64,000 bases of DNA from Burkholderiales bacterium (lineage in GTDB: Bacteria; Pseudomonadota; Gammaproteobacteria; Burkholderiales; JBILQJ01), in assembly GCA_044373325.1 (NCBI GenBank), contig JBILQJ010000003.1, positions 7,188 through 71,187 of the forward strand, given 5' to 3'. Made by a program: the position numbers and the translations under genes. Below are positions 40,792-50,184 of this stretch, piece by piece (position 1 is the stretch's first letter; each line of letters begins with the position of its first letter). Under the pieces are notes generated by a model that saw only the letters and a program-made list of their open reading frames with translations, was not told where the DNA came from and searched no databases.

Positions 40792-41899
40792 TTACACGCC
40801 TTGTTTTAAACTGGCCGCAATAAAGCCATCTAAATCCCCGTCCATCACGCCTTTGATGTTGCCGACTTCGTAAGAGGTGCGCAAGTCTTTAATCCTTGAT
40901 TGATCAAAAACATACGAACGGATTTGATGCCCCCAACCCACATCTGACTTGCTGTCTTCCAGTGCTTGCTTGGATTCGTTGCGTTTTTTCAATTCCAGTT
41001 CATACAATTTTGCTCGCAACATTTTCATGGCTTCTGCCCGATTTTTATGTTGCGATCTGTCATTTTGACATTGCACCACCACGCCCGTTGGGTTGTGTGT
41101 AATGCGAACCGCCGAATCGGTTTTATTAATGTGCTGCCCCCCTGCCCCTTGCGCACGATAAGTATCGGTGCGCAAATCGGCAGGATTGATGTCGATTTCA
41201 AAACTGTCATCGACTTCTGGCGAAATAAAAACCGATGAAAATGACGTATGGCGGCGGTTATTGGAATCGAAAGGTGAACAACGAACCAAGCGATGCACGC
41301 CCGTTTCTGTACGCAACAAACCATACGCATAATCGCCTGAAATTTTTAAAGTGGCGCTGTTAATGCCCGCAATATCGCCAAACGATTCTTCTAAAATTTC
41401 TACCGTAAAGCCTTTGCGTTCGGCATAGCGGACGTACATCCGATACAACATGCCTGCCCAATCTTCGGCTTCTGTGCCGCCTGCGCCCGCTTGAATTTCT
41501 AAAAAGCAATTGTTCGGATCCATGGGGTCGTTAAACATACGTCTGAACTCTAAATCAGCCAACTGCGTTTCTATCAAGCTCAAGTCGTCTTGGACTGCGG
41601 CCAACGTGTCCGCGTCATTTTCTTCTCGGCCCATCTCAAACAAGTCTGCGCCGTCAGTCAACATGGCATTCAATTTGTCTAAGACCAACACCACATCTTC
41701 TAAACTTTTTTTCTCTTTGGCCAAACTTTGCGCGTTTTCGGGGTTATCCCAAACCGAGGCATCTTCCAGCAAACGAGACACTTCTTCTAAGCGATCTTTT
41801 TTGCCAGCGTAGTCAAAGATACCCCCGAATGCCTGTCAAACGAACCTCTAAATCACTCATTTGAGCCAACATTTGATTTAATACTTCTGCTTCAAACAT
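40792..41899 (-). CDS. prfB: Peptide chain release factor 2, requiring a programmed +1 frameshift
   Basis: Frame 0 runs 41899-41816 ([28 protein letters not shown]) and ends at an in-frame TGA (41815-41813). The +1 frame resumes at GAC (41814-41812) and continues to 40792. SPF tripeptide (RCSPFD) and GGQ motif present. Confidence 0.9.
41812..41827 (-). promoter_or_regulatory. prfB +1 frameshift site with internal Shine-Dalgarno-like element
   Basis: The sense strand reads CGGGGGTATCTTTGAC, matching the canonical E. coli prfB recoding signal (GGGGG-TAT-CTT-TGA-C). Confidence 0.9.
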
Positions 41900-41994
41900 G
41901 ATGAACCTTTCCATAACAAAAACAATAAAACGCGCATTTTACGCGATTTTGTCAACTGATGCGCACTTTGTCTCTCAAATTCAAGCGACACACT

Positions 41995-43107
41995 TTAACA
42001 GGCCTCGCCAACGGCTGGCCCCTGTCGATAATTTTCAGCGCCCATTTGGGTCAAATTGGCCACGCGTTGCTGTTTTTCTGCCCAAACGCCTTCTTGCAAA
42101 CGCGCTTGCCAAGTTGCCGTCTCACCAGCGCCCATCATGCGGTTTAAGCGATGCGCCAATTCAGGCGCCAATTCTCGCGACCAATTGGCCAACAATTCAT
42201 CGGCCACTTGCGGTTGATTGCACACCAACACCATATCGCACCCTGCGTCCAGCGCCAAATTGGCTCGCACCGTCACATTGCCTTGGCTGACCGCGCCTTC
42301 CATACTCAAATCATCTGAAAAAACAACGCCATCAAAGTGTAATTGTTCGCGCAAGATGGTTTTCAACCAAACGGGCGAAAACCCAGCGGGGCGCTCGGCA
42401 TCCACATCAGGATAAACCACATGAGCGGGCATGATGGCCGTCATGCCTTGTTTGATCAAAGCCACAAACGGCTGTAAATCATGAGTGTCCAATTCGGCTC
42501 GACTGCGCGTGTCAACGGGCAGCTCTTTGTGGCTGTCACCTGCGACAAAACCATGCCCTGGAAAATGCTTGCCGCACGTTCCCATGCCACCCAAATGCAA
42601 GCCTTTTTGCAAAGCGCTCGCCAAGGCAATCACGACTTGCGGTTCAGCGTGAAAGCTGCGATTCCCAATCACCGCACAGCGTTGCCATTCCATGTCCAAA
42701 ACAGGCGTAAAACTCAAATCAACGCCACAAGCACGAAGTTCGGCAGCCAACACAAACCCCGTGTCCTCCGCCAGTTTTAAAGCGACTACTGGATCTTTAT
42801 CATACAAATCACCCAAGCTGCGCATGGCAGGCAAGGCCGTAAATTCAGGCAAAAACCGCTGGACGCGGCCGCCTTCATGATCAACCGCAATCAACAAAGG
42901 AGGATGGCGCAAGGCTTTAATTTGCTGAGTCAAAGCCACCAATTGCGCCCGACTTTCGTAATTTCGACGAAACAAAATCACGCCCCCAACCGCAGGGTGA
43001 GACAAACGCAAAGCTTCTTCTTGCGTCATTTCTAAAGCTAGCACATCTAACATCACAGGCCCCAACGGCAATTCTAGCGCTGTAACATCCTTGTTTTTGT
43101 TATTCAT
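41995..43107 (-). CDS. nagZ: Beta-N-acetylhexosaminidase (peptidoglycan recycling)
   Basis: 370 aa. GH3 motifs GGVILF, KHFPGHG and VFSDDLSM. Confidence 0.9.
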   Translation of the reverse strand: MNNKNKDVTALELPLGPVMLDVLALEMTQEEALRLSHPAVGGVILFRRNYESRAQLVALTQQIKALRHPPLLIAVDHEGGRVQRFLPEFTALPAMRSLGDLYDKDPVVALKLAEDTGFVLAAELRACGVDLSFTPVLDMEWQRCAVIGNRSFHAEPQVVIALASALQKGLHLGGMGTCGKHFPGHGFVAGDSHKELPVDTRSRAELDTHDLQPFVALIKQGMTAIMPAHVVYPDVDAERPAGFSPVWLKTILREQLHFDGVVFSDDLSMEGAVSQGNVTVRANLALDAGCDMVLVCNQPQVADELLANWSRELAPELAHRLNRMMGAGETATWQARLQEGVWAEKQQRVANLTQMGAENYRQGPAVGEAC

Positions 43108-43218
43108 ATTTATATCCCTTCTTTAAAAAATGATTAAAAAATGAGTTTGGTGCATCCATTTAACTAATTCACCACTAATAAATCAATACAAATCAGGCAA
43201 AAAATAGACTTTCAAGCT

Positions 43219-43235
43219 TTGCGGCCAACCTTTTT
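43219..43235 (+). repeat. Single copy of the repeat (TTGCGGCCAACCTTTTT) between lolB and nagZ
   Basis: Exact consensus. A degenerate partial copy (CTTGCGGTTGAATTTT) follows about 20 nt later. Confidence 0.85.
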
Positions 43236-43281
43236 GCCTTGGATTGAGCAGGGCTTGCGGTTGAATTTTAGGGCATTTCGC

Positions 43282-43923
43282 TTATTTTTCATCAGTATTT
43301 TCTATCAGCGCTTGCCATTCGTGAGTCACAAAACGTAATCGTATCGCTTCGCGACTTAAATCCACACGGCGCGGATAGTTAGCCCCAAACCCAGTTGCAT
43401 TCGGCTGGTCATCTGCATAAAAATCAATCACCCAACCTGCTTGTATGATGCCTTTTTCTTGAGGTTCAGCCTTGCTATTTGGGGCTGCTTGCCCACGCAA
43501 CCACCAAGACAATTGTGCCAAAGGCAAGGGAAAGCCCAATAAATTTTGGGTCAAACTGTCGACATCATCCGCTCTATACACCTCTGAGCCTGCCCTTAAA
43601 ATCACGCCCGAAACGTTGCGTTCGATTTGCGCAACCGTATTGCCCAACGGCGTAGTAATATCAACCTCATCATTGGGTGGCGCATGCTTCCACCGAAAAT
43701 TAGCGCTTAAATTGCGATTATCTTGCAACACAGACAAGCGCCCTGATGCATTAAATGGCGTGTCAGATAGTTCTACACTGGGTTTGGCCACATAGGGCTG
43801 TTCGGGTAAAACGCAGCCCGTTAAAACAAACAACAGACCGAACAGAAACTTTGTTGGCCATTTGGTTTGAGCGACATTGGGGCTTAAAAGTTCAGCCATA
43901 CAATAAAATTTCCTTAGGTTCAA
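43282..43923 (-). CDS. lolB: Outer-membrane lipoprotein LolB
   Basis: Lipobox LTGC and GRLSVLQDNRNLSANFRWKH, typical of LolB. The start may be the internal ATG at 43899. Confidence 0.75.
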   Translation of the reverse strand: MNLRKFYCMAELLSPNVAQTKWPTKFLFGLLFVLTGCVLPEQPYVAKPSVELSDTPFNASGRLSVLQDNRNLSANFRWKHAPPNDEVDITTPLGNTVAQIERNVSGVILRAGSEVYRADDVDSLTQNLLGFPLPLAQLSWWLRGQAAPNSKAEPQEKGIIQAGWVIDFYADDQPNATGFGANYPRRVDLSREAIRLRFVTHEWQALIENTDEK

Positions 43924-44023
43924 TCGGGTTAACTTGGTTAAAAAGGGCGGTATGTTTTTTTGTCGCTAGACCAACATTTGCTCATAATCAACAGAACGCG
44001 CATAATAGAGCCTTTAACTCAAC

Positions 44024-44473
44024 TTGTCGATTACGTTCATGTCTAGACTGACTTTGCCTGCCATTGAGCAGCCTATTTTTTATGCCGACATCCCCGTGCG
44101 CACCACCGATATGAATTACGGGGCGCATTTAGCCAACGACAAAATCCTCACTTTAGCGCACGAAATTCGCGTGGCTTTTTTGACTCGGCATGGCTTTAGC
44201 GAAAAAAATGTCGCAGGATGCGGTATCATCATGACCGATGCCGCCATTGTTTACAAAAGCCAAGCCGTTGCAGGTGATGTGCTGTCAGTGACTTTGGCGC
44301 TCAATGATGTTAATCGTTACGGCTTTGATTTGCAGTACGAATTCAAGCAAGCCAACGGCCTTTTGGTTGCCCAAGTCAAAACGGGTATCGTATTTTTTGA
44401 TTACACCCAACAAAAAATCTCTTCTATTCCAGCTGGCGTATTAGACACTTTGCAGTGCGGCCAACCTTTTTAA
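44024..44473 (+). CDS. Hotdog-fold acyl-CoA thioesterase (4HBT/YbgC-like)
   Basis: 149 aa. The early TDMNYGAHLAN segment and length fit the 4HBT fold. The last five residues (CGQPF) and the stop come from a copy of the repeat. Confidence 0.65.
   Translation: MSITFMSRLTLPAIEQPIFYADIPVRTTDMNYGAHLANDKILTLAHEIRVAFLTRHGFSEKNVAGCGIIMTDAAIVYKSQAVAGDVLSVTLALNDVNRYGFDLQYEFKQANGLLVAQVKTGIVFFDYTQQKISSIPAGVLDTLQCGQPF
44455..44471 (+). repeat. Single copy of the repeat (GTGCGGCCAACCTTTTT) forming the 3' end of the thioesterase ORF
   Basis: Read directly. Supplies codons CGQPF plus the first T of the TAA stop. Confidence 0.85.
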
Positions 44474-44548
44474 GTAAATTGTCATCCATCTGCATCTTTT
44501 TATTCTTTTTTATACACTCTTTTTTACTCTAACCCAAGGATAGCCAAC

Positions 44549-44965
44549 ATGACCCCGTATGCCATCAATTCACCCCAAGCCTTAGCGCGTCTCATTACTT
44601 TATTTATGTTGGCCGATGGCGAAATCAGCGACAACGAACTGGATACACTGGAAAAACTGGATGTTTTTACACTCATCGGACTGGACCGCAAGGGTTTTAC
44701 GCAAGTTTTCAAAACCTATTTTGATGACATTTCAGCCGAAATGGAAAACGATGGTGCGGTTCATTTGGTGGACAGCGCCCGTTTTGAACTGCTTTTAAAT
44801 GATGTAACCGACCATAATAAACGCTTGCTGCTGTGTATTTTGGCACTGGATTTAACCAAGTCCGATCACGACATCAACGAAGTCGAAATGACTTTGTTGC
44901 GTCAAATGATGAGCCGCTGGCAGGTGTCTTTAGATGAAGTTGAAGCCAGCTTAAAAGCCATTTAA
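44549..44965 (+). CDS. TerB-like (tellurite-resistance / DjlA N-terminal-like) small protein
   Basis: 138 aa. LFMLADGEISDNELDTLEKL resembles the TerB-domain acidic helix motif. Weak assignment. Confidence 0.45.
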   Translation: MTPYAINSPQALARLITLFMLADGEISDNELDTLEKLDVFTLIGLDRKGFTQVFKTYFDDISAEMENDGAVHLVDSARFELLLNDVTDHNKRLLLCILALDLTKSDHDINEVEMTLLRQMMSRWQVSLDEVEASLKAI

Positions 44966-45904
44966 ATGATGCCAGACTCCGCCAGCCCAATGCCTGAACA
45001 GGCCGTGTCTTGGGAAAGTTTGATACTCAGCTTTGATCAAAGCCTGGCTTTGGCAGGAAAAAGTCCGCATACACGCTTGGCTTATCGCCGAGATTTGGCG
45101 ATTTTACAACATCTTTACCCAGAAAAATCTCCGCTGGCTTTGAAGAGCATTGATATCCGCACTGCGGTTGTCAATGAAAACAGTCACCAAAAAGAAGCCA
45201 GCAGCATACGCCGAGCCTTAAGCGCTTGGCGGCAATTTTTTGATTTTTTAATTGAAAAATACGCCTTAATTAACAATCCTTGTTTGGGCGTAAAAGCCCC
45301 TAAAGGACACAAATCCGTCCCTAAAGCCTTGGGCGTTGAAGTGACTCAATATTTGCTCAATCACGTGCCTGAATACGGCCTGTCTGCTTTATTAATTCGA
45401 GATCAAGCCATGTTTGAATTACTGTATTCATCGGGCTTACGTGCCAACGAATTATTAAACCTCAACATCAGCGACCTTGATTTAAGTCAGGCTTGGGTTA
45501 GGGTTTTGGGCAAAGGTGGTAAAACCCGTAACACGCCTTTGGGGCGCGTCGCCATTATGGCATTACAAGCTTGGATAGACATACGCCCACAACTTTCCAG
45601 CAATAACCCAGCCTTGTTTTTATCCATACACGGCAAACGGTTGAGCGCCATACAAATGGCCAACCGTTTGAAAGATTGGGCAAAACAAGCCAACTTAGCC
45701 GCACACGTCCACCCGCATATGTTGCGCCATTCTTGTGCCAGCCATCTTTTGCAATCTTCTGGCGATTTGCGTGGCGTACAAACCTTGCTGGGGCATAAGA
45801 GCATTAAAAGCACCCAAATTTATACCCGCTTAGATTACCTACATTTAGCAGCGGTATACGATGCTTTTCATCCCCGCGCGTTGACTCAAAAAAAGAAACT
45901 CTAA
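44966..45904 (+). CDS. xerC: Tyrosine recombinase XerC
   Basis: The C-terminus [58 protein letters not shown] is near-colinear with E. coli XerC [59 protein letters not shown]. Confidence 0.85.
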   Translation: [312 protein letters not shown]

Positions 45905-45931
45905 CGACTTTTATGAGCGGCTTTTATCAGC

Positions 45932-45948
45932 TTGCGGCCAACCTTTTT
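45932..45948 (+). repeat. Single copy of the repeat (TTGCGGCCAACCTTTTT) after xerC
   Basis: Exact consensus, 28 nt after the stop. Confidence 0.85.
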
Positions 45949-45977
45949 GCTGTATTTATACAAGATCAAACCACATC

Positions 45978-46853
45978 ATGACTTTTCACGATTATTTTTT
46001 TTCACCATTCCTTGAATTCAGTTTTATGCGACGGGCTTTGGTGGCCATTTTTGCGTTGGCTTTAGGGGGCGGTTCCATCGGTTTACTGTTGGTCATGCGG
46101 CGCATGAGTTTGCTGGGTGATGCCATGAGCCACGCCGTTTTGCCTGGCGCAGCCATCGGCTATATGTTGGGTGGTTTGAGCTTACCTTTTATGAGTTTGG
46201 GCGGCTTTATTGCAGGGCTTTTAGTGGCTTTATGCGCCGCATTGGCTACCCGTTACACCGATGTCAAAGAAGATGCCAGTTTTGCCGCTTTTTATTTGAT
46301 TTCATTGTCTAGCGGGGTTTTATTGGTGTCCATTAGCGGAAGCAGCGTAGATTTAATGCACATTTTATTTGGCTCGGTGTTGGGCGTGGATAACGCGGCT
46401 TTATTTTTGGTCGCCAGCGTTGCCAGCGTCACCGTGTTGGCTTTGGCCTTTTTTTATCGCTTATTGCTGGTCGAAGCCGTTGACCCGCTGTTTTTACGCG
46501 CCATTGGTGCCAAAGTACAAACAGGGCATTTGCTGTTTTTAACCTTGGTTGTGCTCAATTTGGTAGCAGGCTTTCAAGCCTTAGGCACCTTAATGTCAGT
46601 CGGCTTGATGATGCTTCCGCCGATTATTGCGCGTTTGTGGGTCAAAACCTTAGAAAAAATGCTTTTACTTTCGGTCATTTTGGCCGCAAGCAGTGGCTAC
46701 GGCGGTTTGTTGCTGTCTTATCATCACGATTTACCTTCAGGCCCCGCCATTATTTTACTGCTCGGCTTTTTTTATGTCATTTCCTTATTTGTCGCACCCG
46801 TTGGCGGAGTACTTTTCAAATATTTAAAAGGTAAGCACTATCGAACTTCCTAA
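45978..46853 (+). CDS. Metal ABC transporter permease (ABC-3 / ZnuB-like)
   Basis: 291 aa polytopic ORF. GDAMSHAVLPGAAIGY motif of ABC-3 permeases. No cognate ATPase or binding-protein gene is adjacent. Confidence 0.75.
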   Translation: MTFHDYFFSPFLEFSFMRRALVAIFALALGGGSIGLLLVMRRMSLLGDAMSHAVLPGAAIGYMLGGLSLPFMSLGGFIAGLLVALCAALATRYTDVKEDASFAAFYLISLSSGVLLVSISGSSVDLMHILFGSVLGVDNAALFLVASVASVTVLALAFFYRLLLVEAVDPLFLRAIGAKVQTGHLLFLTLVVLNLVAGFQALGTLMSVGLMMLPPIIARLWVKTLEKMLLLSVILAASSGYGGLLLSYHHDLPSGPAIILLLGFFYVISLFVAPVGGVLFKYLKGKHYRTS

Positions 46854-46982
46854 CAAAATGTTTGTAGCCAACCTTCTCCAAACTATTGTATCTGAAAATA
46901 AAATATATAAAAATTGGCGATTACCATAAAAAATCCCATCAAATAATTTGGTACGAAATCGTCCCAACAGGGCTCAAACTGC

Positions 46983-47010
46983 TTGACTTAATCTGCGTTT
47001 TCTATATAAT
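46983..47010 (+). promoter_or_regulatory. Near-consensus sigma-70 promoter for tRNA-Asn
   Basis: TTGACT (46983-46988), 16 nt, TATAAT (47005-47010), followed by the GC-rich discriminator CGCACACC. The mature tRNA 5' end lies 14 nt downstream. Confidence 0.6.
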
Positions 47011-47023
47011 CGCACACCTTAAT

Positions 47024-47099
47024 TCCTCGATAGCTCAGTCGGTAGAGCGCCGGACTGTTAATCCGTAGGTCCCTGGTTCGAGCCCAGGTCGAGGAGCCA
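47024..47099 (+). tRNA. tRNA-Asn (anticodon GTT)
   Basis: 76 nt. Acceptor stem TCCTCGA/TCGAGGA, D-loop AGCTCAGTCGGTAGAGC, anticodon loop CTGTTAA, T-arm GGTTCGAGCCC, and an encoded CCA. Close to E. coli tRNA-Asn. Confidence 0.95.
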
Positions 47100-47111
47100 A
47101 GTATCAACAAC

Positions 47112-47140
47112 AAAAAACGACAGCCTACGCTGTCGTTTTT
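47112..47140 (+). terminator. Intrinsic terminator after tRNA-Asn
   Basis: 8-bp stem ACGACAGC/GCTGTCGT, loop CTAC, T5 tail and an A-run upstream. Confidence 0.75.
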
Positions 47141-47177
47141 GCCTATTGTTCCTTTTCTAGTCAGAACAAAGAAAGTC

Positions 47178-48200
47178 ATGCTCATGCCTTTACCTTTATA
47201 CCCTTGGCAAACTGCAGATTGGCAGCGCATTTCTAACGAGTTTTATCGTTTGCCAAATGCTTGGCTTTTGACTGGATTGGCAGGCATAGGCAAAAGCGCC
47301 TTCGCTCACGCTTTAATGCAAACCTTACTTTGTTCTCATCTTGATGAGCAACATCGTGCCTGCGGTGTCTGCTCGTCTTGCCGATTTGTTAAAGACGGCA
47401 ATCATCCCGACACTCGAATTTTAACCCCAGACCAAGTCGAAGAAGTCGGTAAAGAGGCTAAAACCGCCACCAAAAAATTGGCTCAAATTAAAATTGAGGC
47501 GGTTCGAGAATTAATCCAATTCACTCAACTGTCCACGCATCAAACCTCAAAAAACAGTTTAGCGCAAAGAGTGGTTATCATACAATCGGCCGAAACACTC
47601 AACACCAACGCAGCCAATGCCCTACTCAAAATTTTAGAAGAACCACCCGCGCAAACGATATTTATTTTAATGACGGCCATGCCACAAAAGCTGTTGCCCA
47701 CCATAAAAAGTCGCTGTCGCCATTTTTTGCTGACCCCACCTGCAGCAGAAACAACACTTTTTTGGCTAAAAACACAAGAAATTGACAACATTGAGCGTGA
47801 ATTCTACTACAATGGGAATGTACCTTTATTTACAATCGACAGCAAACTAATCGCGGCTCGTGAACAATTCATAACAGGTTTAGGCAATCCAACCTTAAGC
47901 ACCATGCTGTCTATTGCGGATTTGGCCGACAAACAAAAAATATTTTTAGAAACACCCTTACTTTGGGTAAGCAAATGGTGCCATGATTTGCGCTTATACA
48001 AACAAGCTAAAAGCATACGCTATCACACCACCCAAACATCAACAATACAGCACTTATGCGAAAAATTGAATTTAAATAAACTCAATGAACTAGAAGCACA
48101 ATTGAACCACCTTGCGCATTACGGCCAGCATACTTTAAACGTTAAGCTGCAATTGGAAGCACTCCTAATTGCCTATATTCAAATTTTTAATCATCGATAA
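47178..48200 (+). CDS. holB: DNA polymerase III delta-prime subunit
   Basis: YPWQ...LLTGLAGIGKS P-loop-like motif, CGVCSSC zinc module, and the SRC motif (KSRCRHF). The start is moved to ATG 47178 because the ORF-track start overlaps the tRNA terminator. Confidence 0.8.
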   Translation: MLMPLPLYPWQTADWQRISNEFYRLPNAWLLTGLAGIGKSAFAHALMQTLLCSHLDEQHRACGVCSSCRFVKDGNHPDTRILTPDQVEEVGKEAKTATKKLAQIKIEAVRELIQFTQLSTHQTSKNSLAQRVVIIQSAETLNTNAANALLKILEEPPAQTIFILMTAMPQKLLPTIKSRCRHFLLTPPAAETTLFWLKTQEIDNIEREFYYNGNVPLFTIDSKLIAAREQFITGLGNPTLSTMLSIADLADKQKIFLETPLLWVSKWCHDLRLYKQAKSIRYHTTQTSTIQHLCEKLNLNKLNELEAQLNHLAHYGQHTLNVKLQLEALLIAYIQIFNHR

Positions 48201-48246
48201 GTTATTAATTTGACTAACCCTATTATTTTAAATCAAAGAAACCATC

Positions 48247-48618
48247 ATGCAAATCGAACTTAACCCCAGCAGCAGCCCAAGCCGCAACAACATTTTGCAA
48301 CTGAATTTACGCGACAAAAATGCTTTGCGAGCCTTGTATATGCCTTTTTTAAGAAACGGCGGGATTTTTATTCCTACCGAAAGCCCTTATAAATTAGGGG
48401 ATGAAATTTACGTTTTATTGACGCTGACCGAAGAAAACAACCGCATTCCGTTGCAAGGACAAGTGGTTTGGATTACGCCCAGAGGGATGCAAGGCAATCG
48501 CACCCAAGGGGTAGGCATTAAATTTTATGAAACGGAAGCTGGGCAACAAGCACGCCGTACCCTAGAAACTTGGTTAGGGGCTTTATTAAGTATCCGCAAA
48601 CCCACTCGCACCATTTAA
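48247..48618 (+). CDS. pilZ: PilZ-domain protein (type IV pilus assembly PilZ type)
   Basis: 123 aa. The layout LYMPFLRNGGIFIPT...GQVVWITP fits a non-canonical PilZ. holB-pilZ adjacency is conserved in pseudomonads, xanthomonads and neisseriae. Confidence 0.7.
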   Translation: MQIELNPSSSPSRNNILQLNLRDKNALRALYMPFLRNGGIFIPTESPYKLGDEIYVLLTLTEENNRIPLQGQVVWITPRGMQGNRTQGVGIKFYETEAGQQARRTLETWLGALLSIRKPTRTI

Positions 48619-48664
48619 TTGAATGGATTCATTGCTCAATAGACTGAGTTGAATGAGTTGTCGT

Positions 48665-48699
48665 AAAAAACCGCTTAAGTTCGCTTAGGCGGTTTTTTT
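48665..48699. terminator. Bidirectional intrinsic terminator after pilZ
   Basis: AAAAAA-CCGCTTAAG-TTCG-CTTAGGCGG-TTTTTTT. Confidence 0.75.
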
Positions 48700-48788
48700 A
48701 AGCCCAGCTCGGCCAATTCGCCTGACAAATTTTCCCGATAGCCCCGCTTTTGACGTAAAATAAGGCCTTATTTTTCTACCTTACTGAC

Positions 48789-49526
48789 TTGAGTTTCATA
48801 GCATCCGTGAACCAATTAACCCTCGATTTTATTACGCTACCGCCCTATCGCTTTGATTATTTTGTCACTGGCAAAAATCAAGCCGTTTTAACGGCCCTCA
48901 TGCATAGGCCACTCAATCAAACCGATCAGTTGAGTCTACTCGATGAACATGATCGCTTTATTTATTTATGGGGCGAAGCTTACGTCGGAAAAAGTCATTT
49001 ATTACAAGCTTGGTTGCACTATCAACGCACCCATGCACCACACGCAGTGTGCGTGTATTGGGATGCGACGCGCTACTACCAAAAAGAACAACTCGAACTG
49101 GCTTTAGCAGCTGATTTTGTGGCCATCGATCACATAGACAATCTCACAGAAGAGGCTCAAATTGCGGTTTTCGCACTCTATAATCATTTTAAAAATCAAG
49201 GGATTGGCGAGTTGTTAATGGCGGGACGTTTACCGCCTGCCCAACAAACGCATTTGCGTGATGATTTAAGAACGCGCATGAGTTGGGGTTTGGTTTGGCC
49301 TGTTTTAGGCTTATCTGACGAAGACAAACAAACGGCTTTGCAAATCCAAGCGCGAGCAAGAGGCTTAACAATTTCACCAGAAGTATTTGAATATATTATA
49401 AAAAATAGCGATCGAGATTTGCATCATTTATCCGCCATGCTGGCTTTACTAGATGAATATTCTTTAGAGCAAAAACGAGCGCTGACCCTGCCTTTTGTCA
49501 AATCCATTTTAAAGGACTTATCATGA
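48789..49526 (+). CDS. hda: DnaA regulatory inactivator Hda
   Basis: AAA+ Walker [15 protein letters not shown] and DnaA-domain-III-like layout, about 240 aa. The start is uncertain (TTG 48789 or GTG 48807). Confidence 0.8.
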   Translation: MSFIASVNQLTLDFITLPPYRFDYFVTGKNQAVLTALMHRPLNQTDQLSLLDEHDRFIYLWGEAYVGKSHLLQAWLHYQRTHAPHAVCVYWDATRYYQKEQLELALAADFVAIDHIDNLTEEAQIAVFALYNHFKNQGIGELLMAGRLPPAQQTHLRDDLRTRMSWGLVWPVLGLSDEDKQTALQIQARARGLTISPEVFEYIIKNSDRDLHHLSAMLALLDEYSLEQKRALTLPFVKSILKDLS

Positions 49527-50098
49527 ACGCCACTCCCCCTCAAATCCACCCCAGCGCCATTGTTGATGAAGGGGCAAGCCTAGGCGTAGGCTGTAAAATA
49601 TGGCATTGGACTCACATTTGTGCTGGTGCTGAAATTGGCAATCACTGTTCTTTTGGGCAAAATGTTTATGTTGGCAATGCCGTCAAGGTTGGCCACAACG
49701 TCAAAGTACAAAATAACGTGTCCATTTATGATGCGGTGACTTTAGAAGACGATGTTTTTTGTGGGCCTTCTATGGTTTTTACGAATGTCAACAATCCACG
49801 CAGCGCCATTTCACGAAAAAATGAATATCGTCCAACGCTGGTCAAAAAAGGTGCAACCATAGGTGCAAATGCGACGATTGTTTGTGGTAACACCATCGGT
49901 GAATACGCTTTTATTGGCGCGGGTGCGGTCATCACAAGTGATGTCCAACCTTATGCTATTATGGTTGGCACCCCCGCTTATCGTTTGGGTTGGATGTGTT
50001 CTTGCGGCGGTAAAATCAGCAACGAAATCGGCGAACAACCGTGTTTGTCGTGTGGCAAAGTTTATGACGTGGGCGGCAATCACTGCACGCCAGTCTAA
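49523..50098 (+). CDS. Left-handed beta-helix (hexapeptide-repeat) N-acetyltransferase, WbpD/WlbB-like, with a C-terminal Cys cluster
   Basis: 191 aa. Repeated [LIV]G-x4 hexapeptides ([44 protein letters not shown]...). The C-terminus has CSCGG...CLSCG. The start overlaps the hda stop (ATGA). Confidence 0.7.
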   Translation: MNATPPQIHPSAIVDEGASLGVGCKIWHWTHICAGAEIGNHCSFGQNVYVGNAVKVGHNVKVQNNVSIYDAVTLEDDVFCGPSMVFTNVNNPRSAISRKNEYRPTLVKKGATIGANATIVCGNTIGEYAFIGAGAVITSDVQPYAIMVGTPAYRLGWMCSCGGKISNEIGEQPCLSCGKVYDVGGNHCTPV

Positions 50099-50184
50099 AA
50101 TCGTTTTATAACGCCCAAATGCCATCACGAAATTTTAGAGTGATGGCGCTTTTATTGACAAAAATATCTAAGAAAGTTTGACTC

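Noticed and set aside
44966-45904. Tyrosine recombinase as a possible integrase of a mobile element
   Set aside because: Its C-terminal half is nearly colinear with chromosomal XerC. There are no flanking att-like direct repeats, phage genes or conjugation genes nearby.
44966-46000. A dif site near xerC
   Set aside because: I looked for the GGTGCGCATAATGTATATTATGTTAAAT-like palindrome here and elsewhere in the window and did not see it.
47024-47099. tRNA-Asn as an island integration site for the downstream DNA
   Set aside because: There is no integrase next to it. I found no duplicated copy of the tRNA 3' end elsewhere in the window. The downstream genes (holB, pilZ, hda, lysS) are core and carry the genome-signature repeat.
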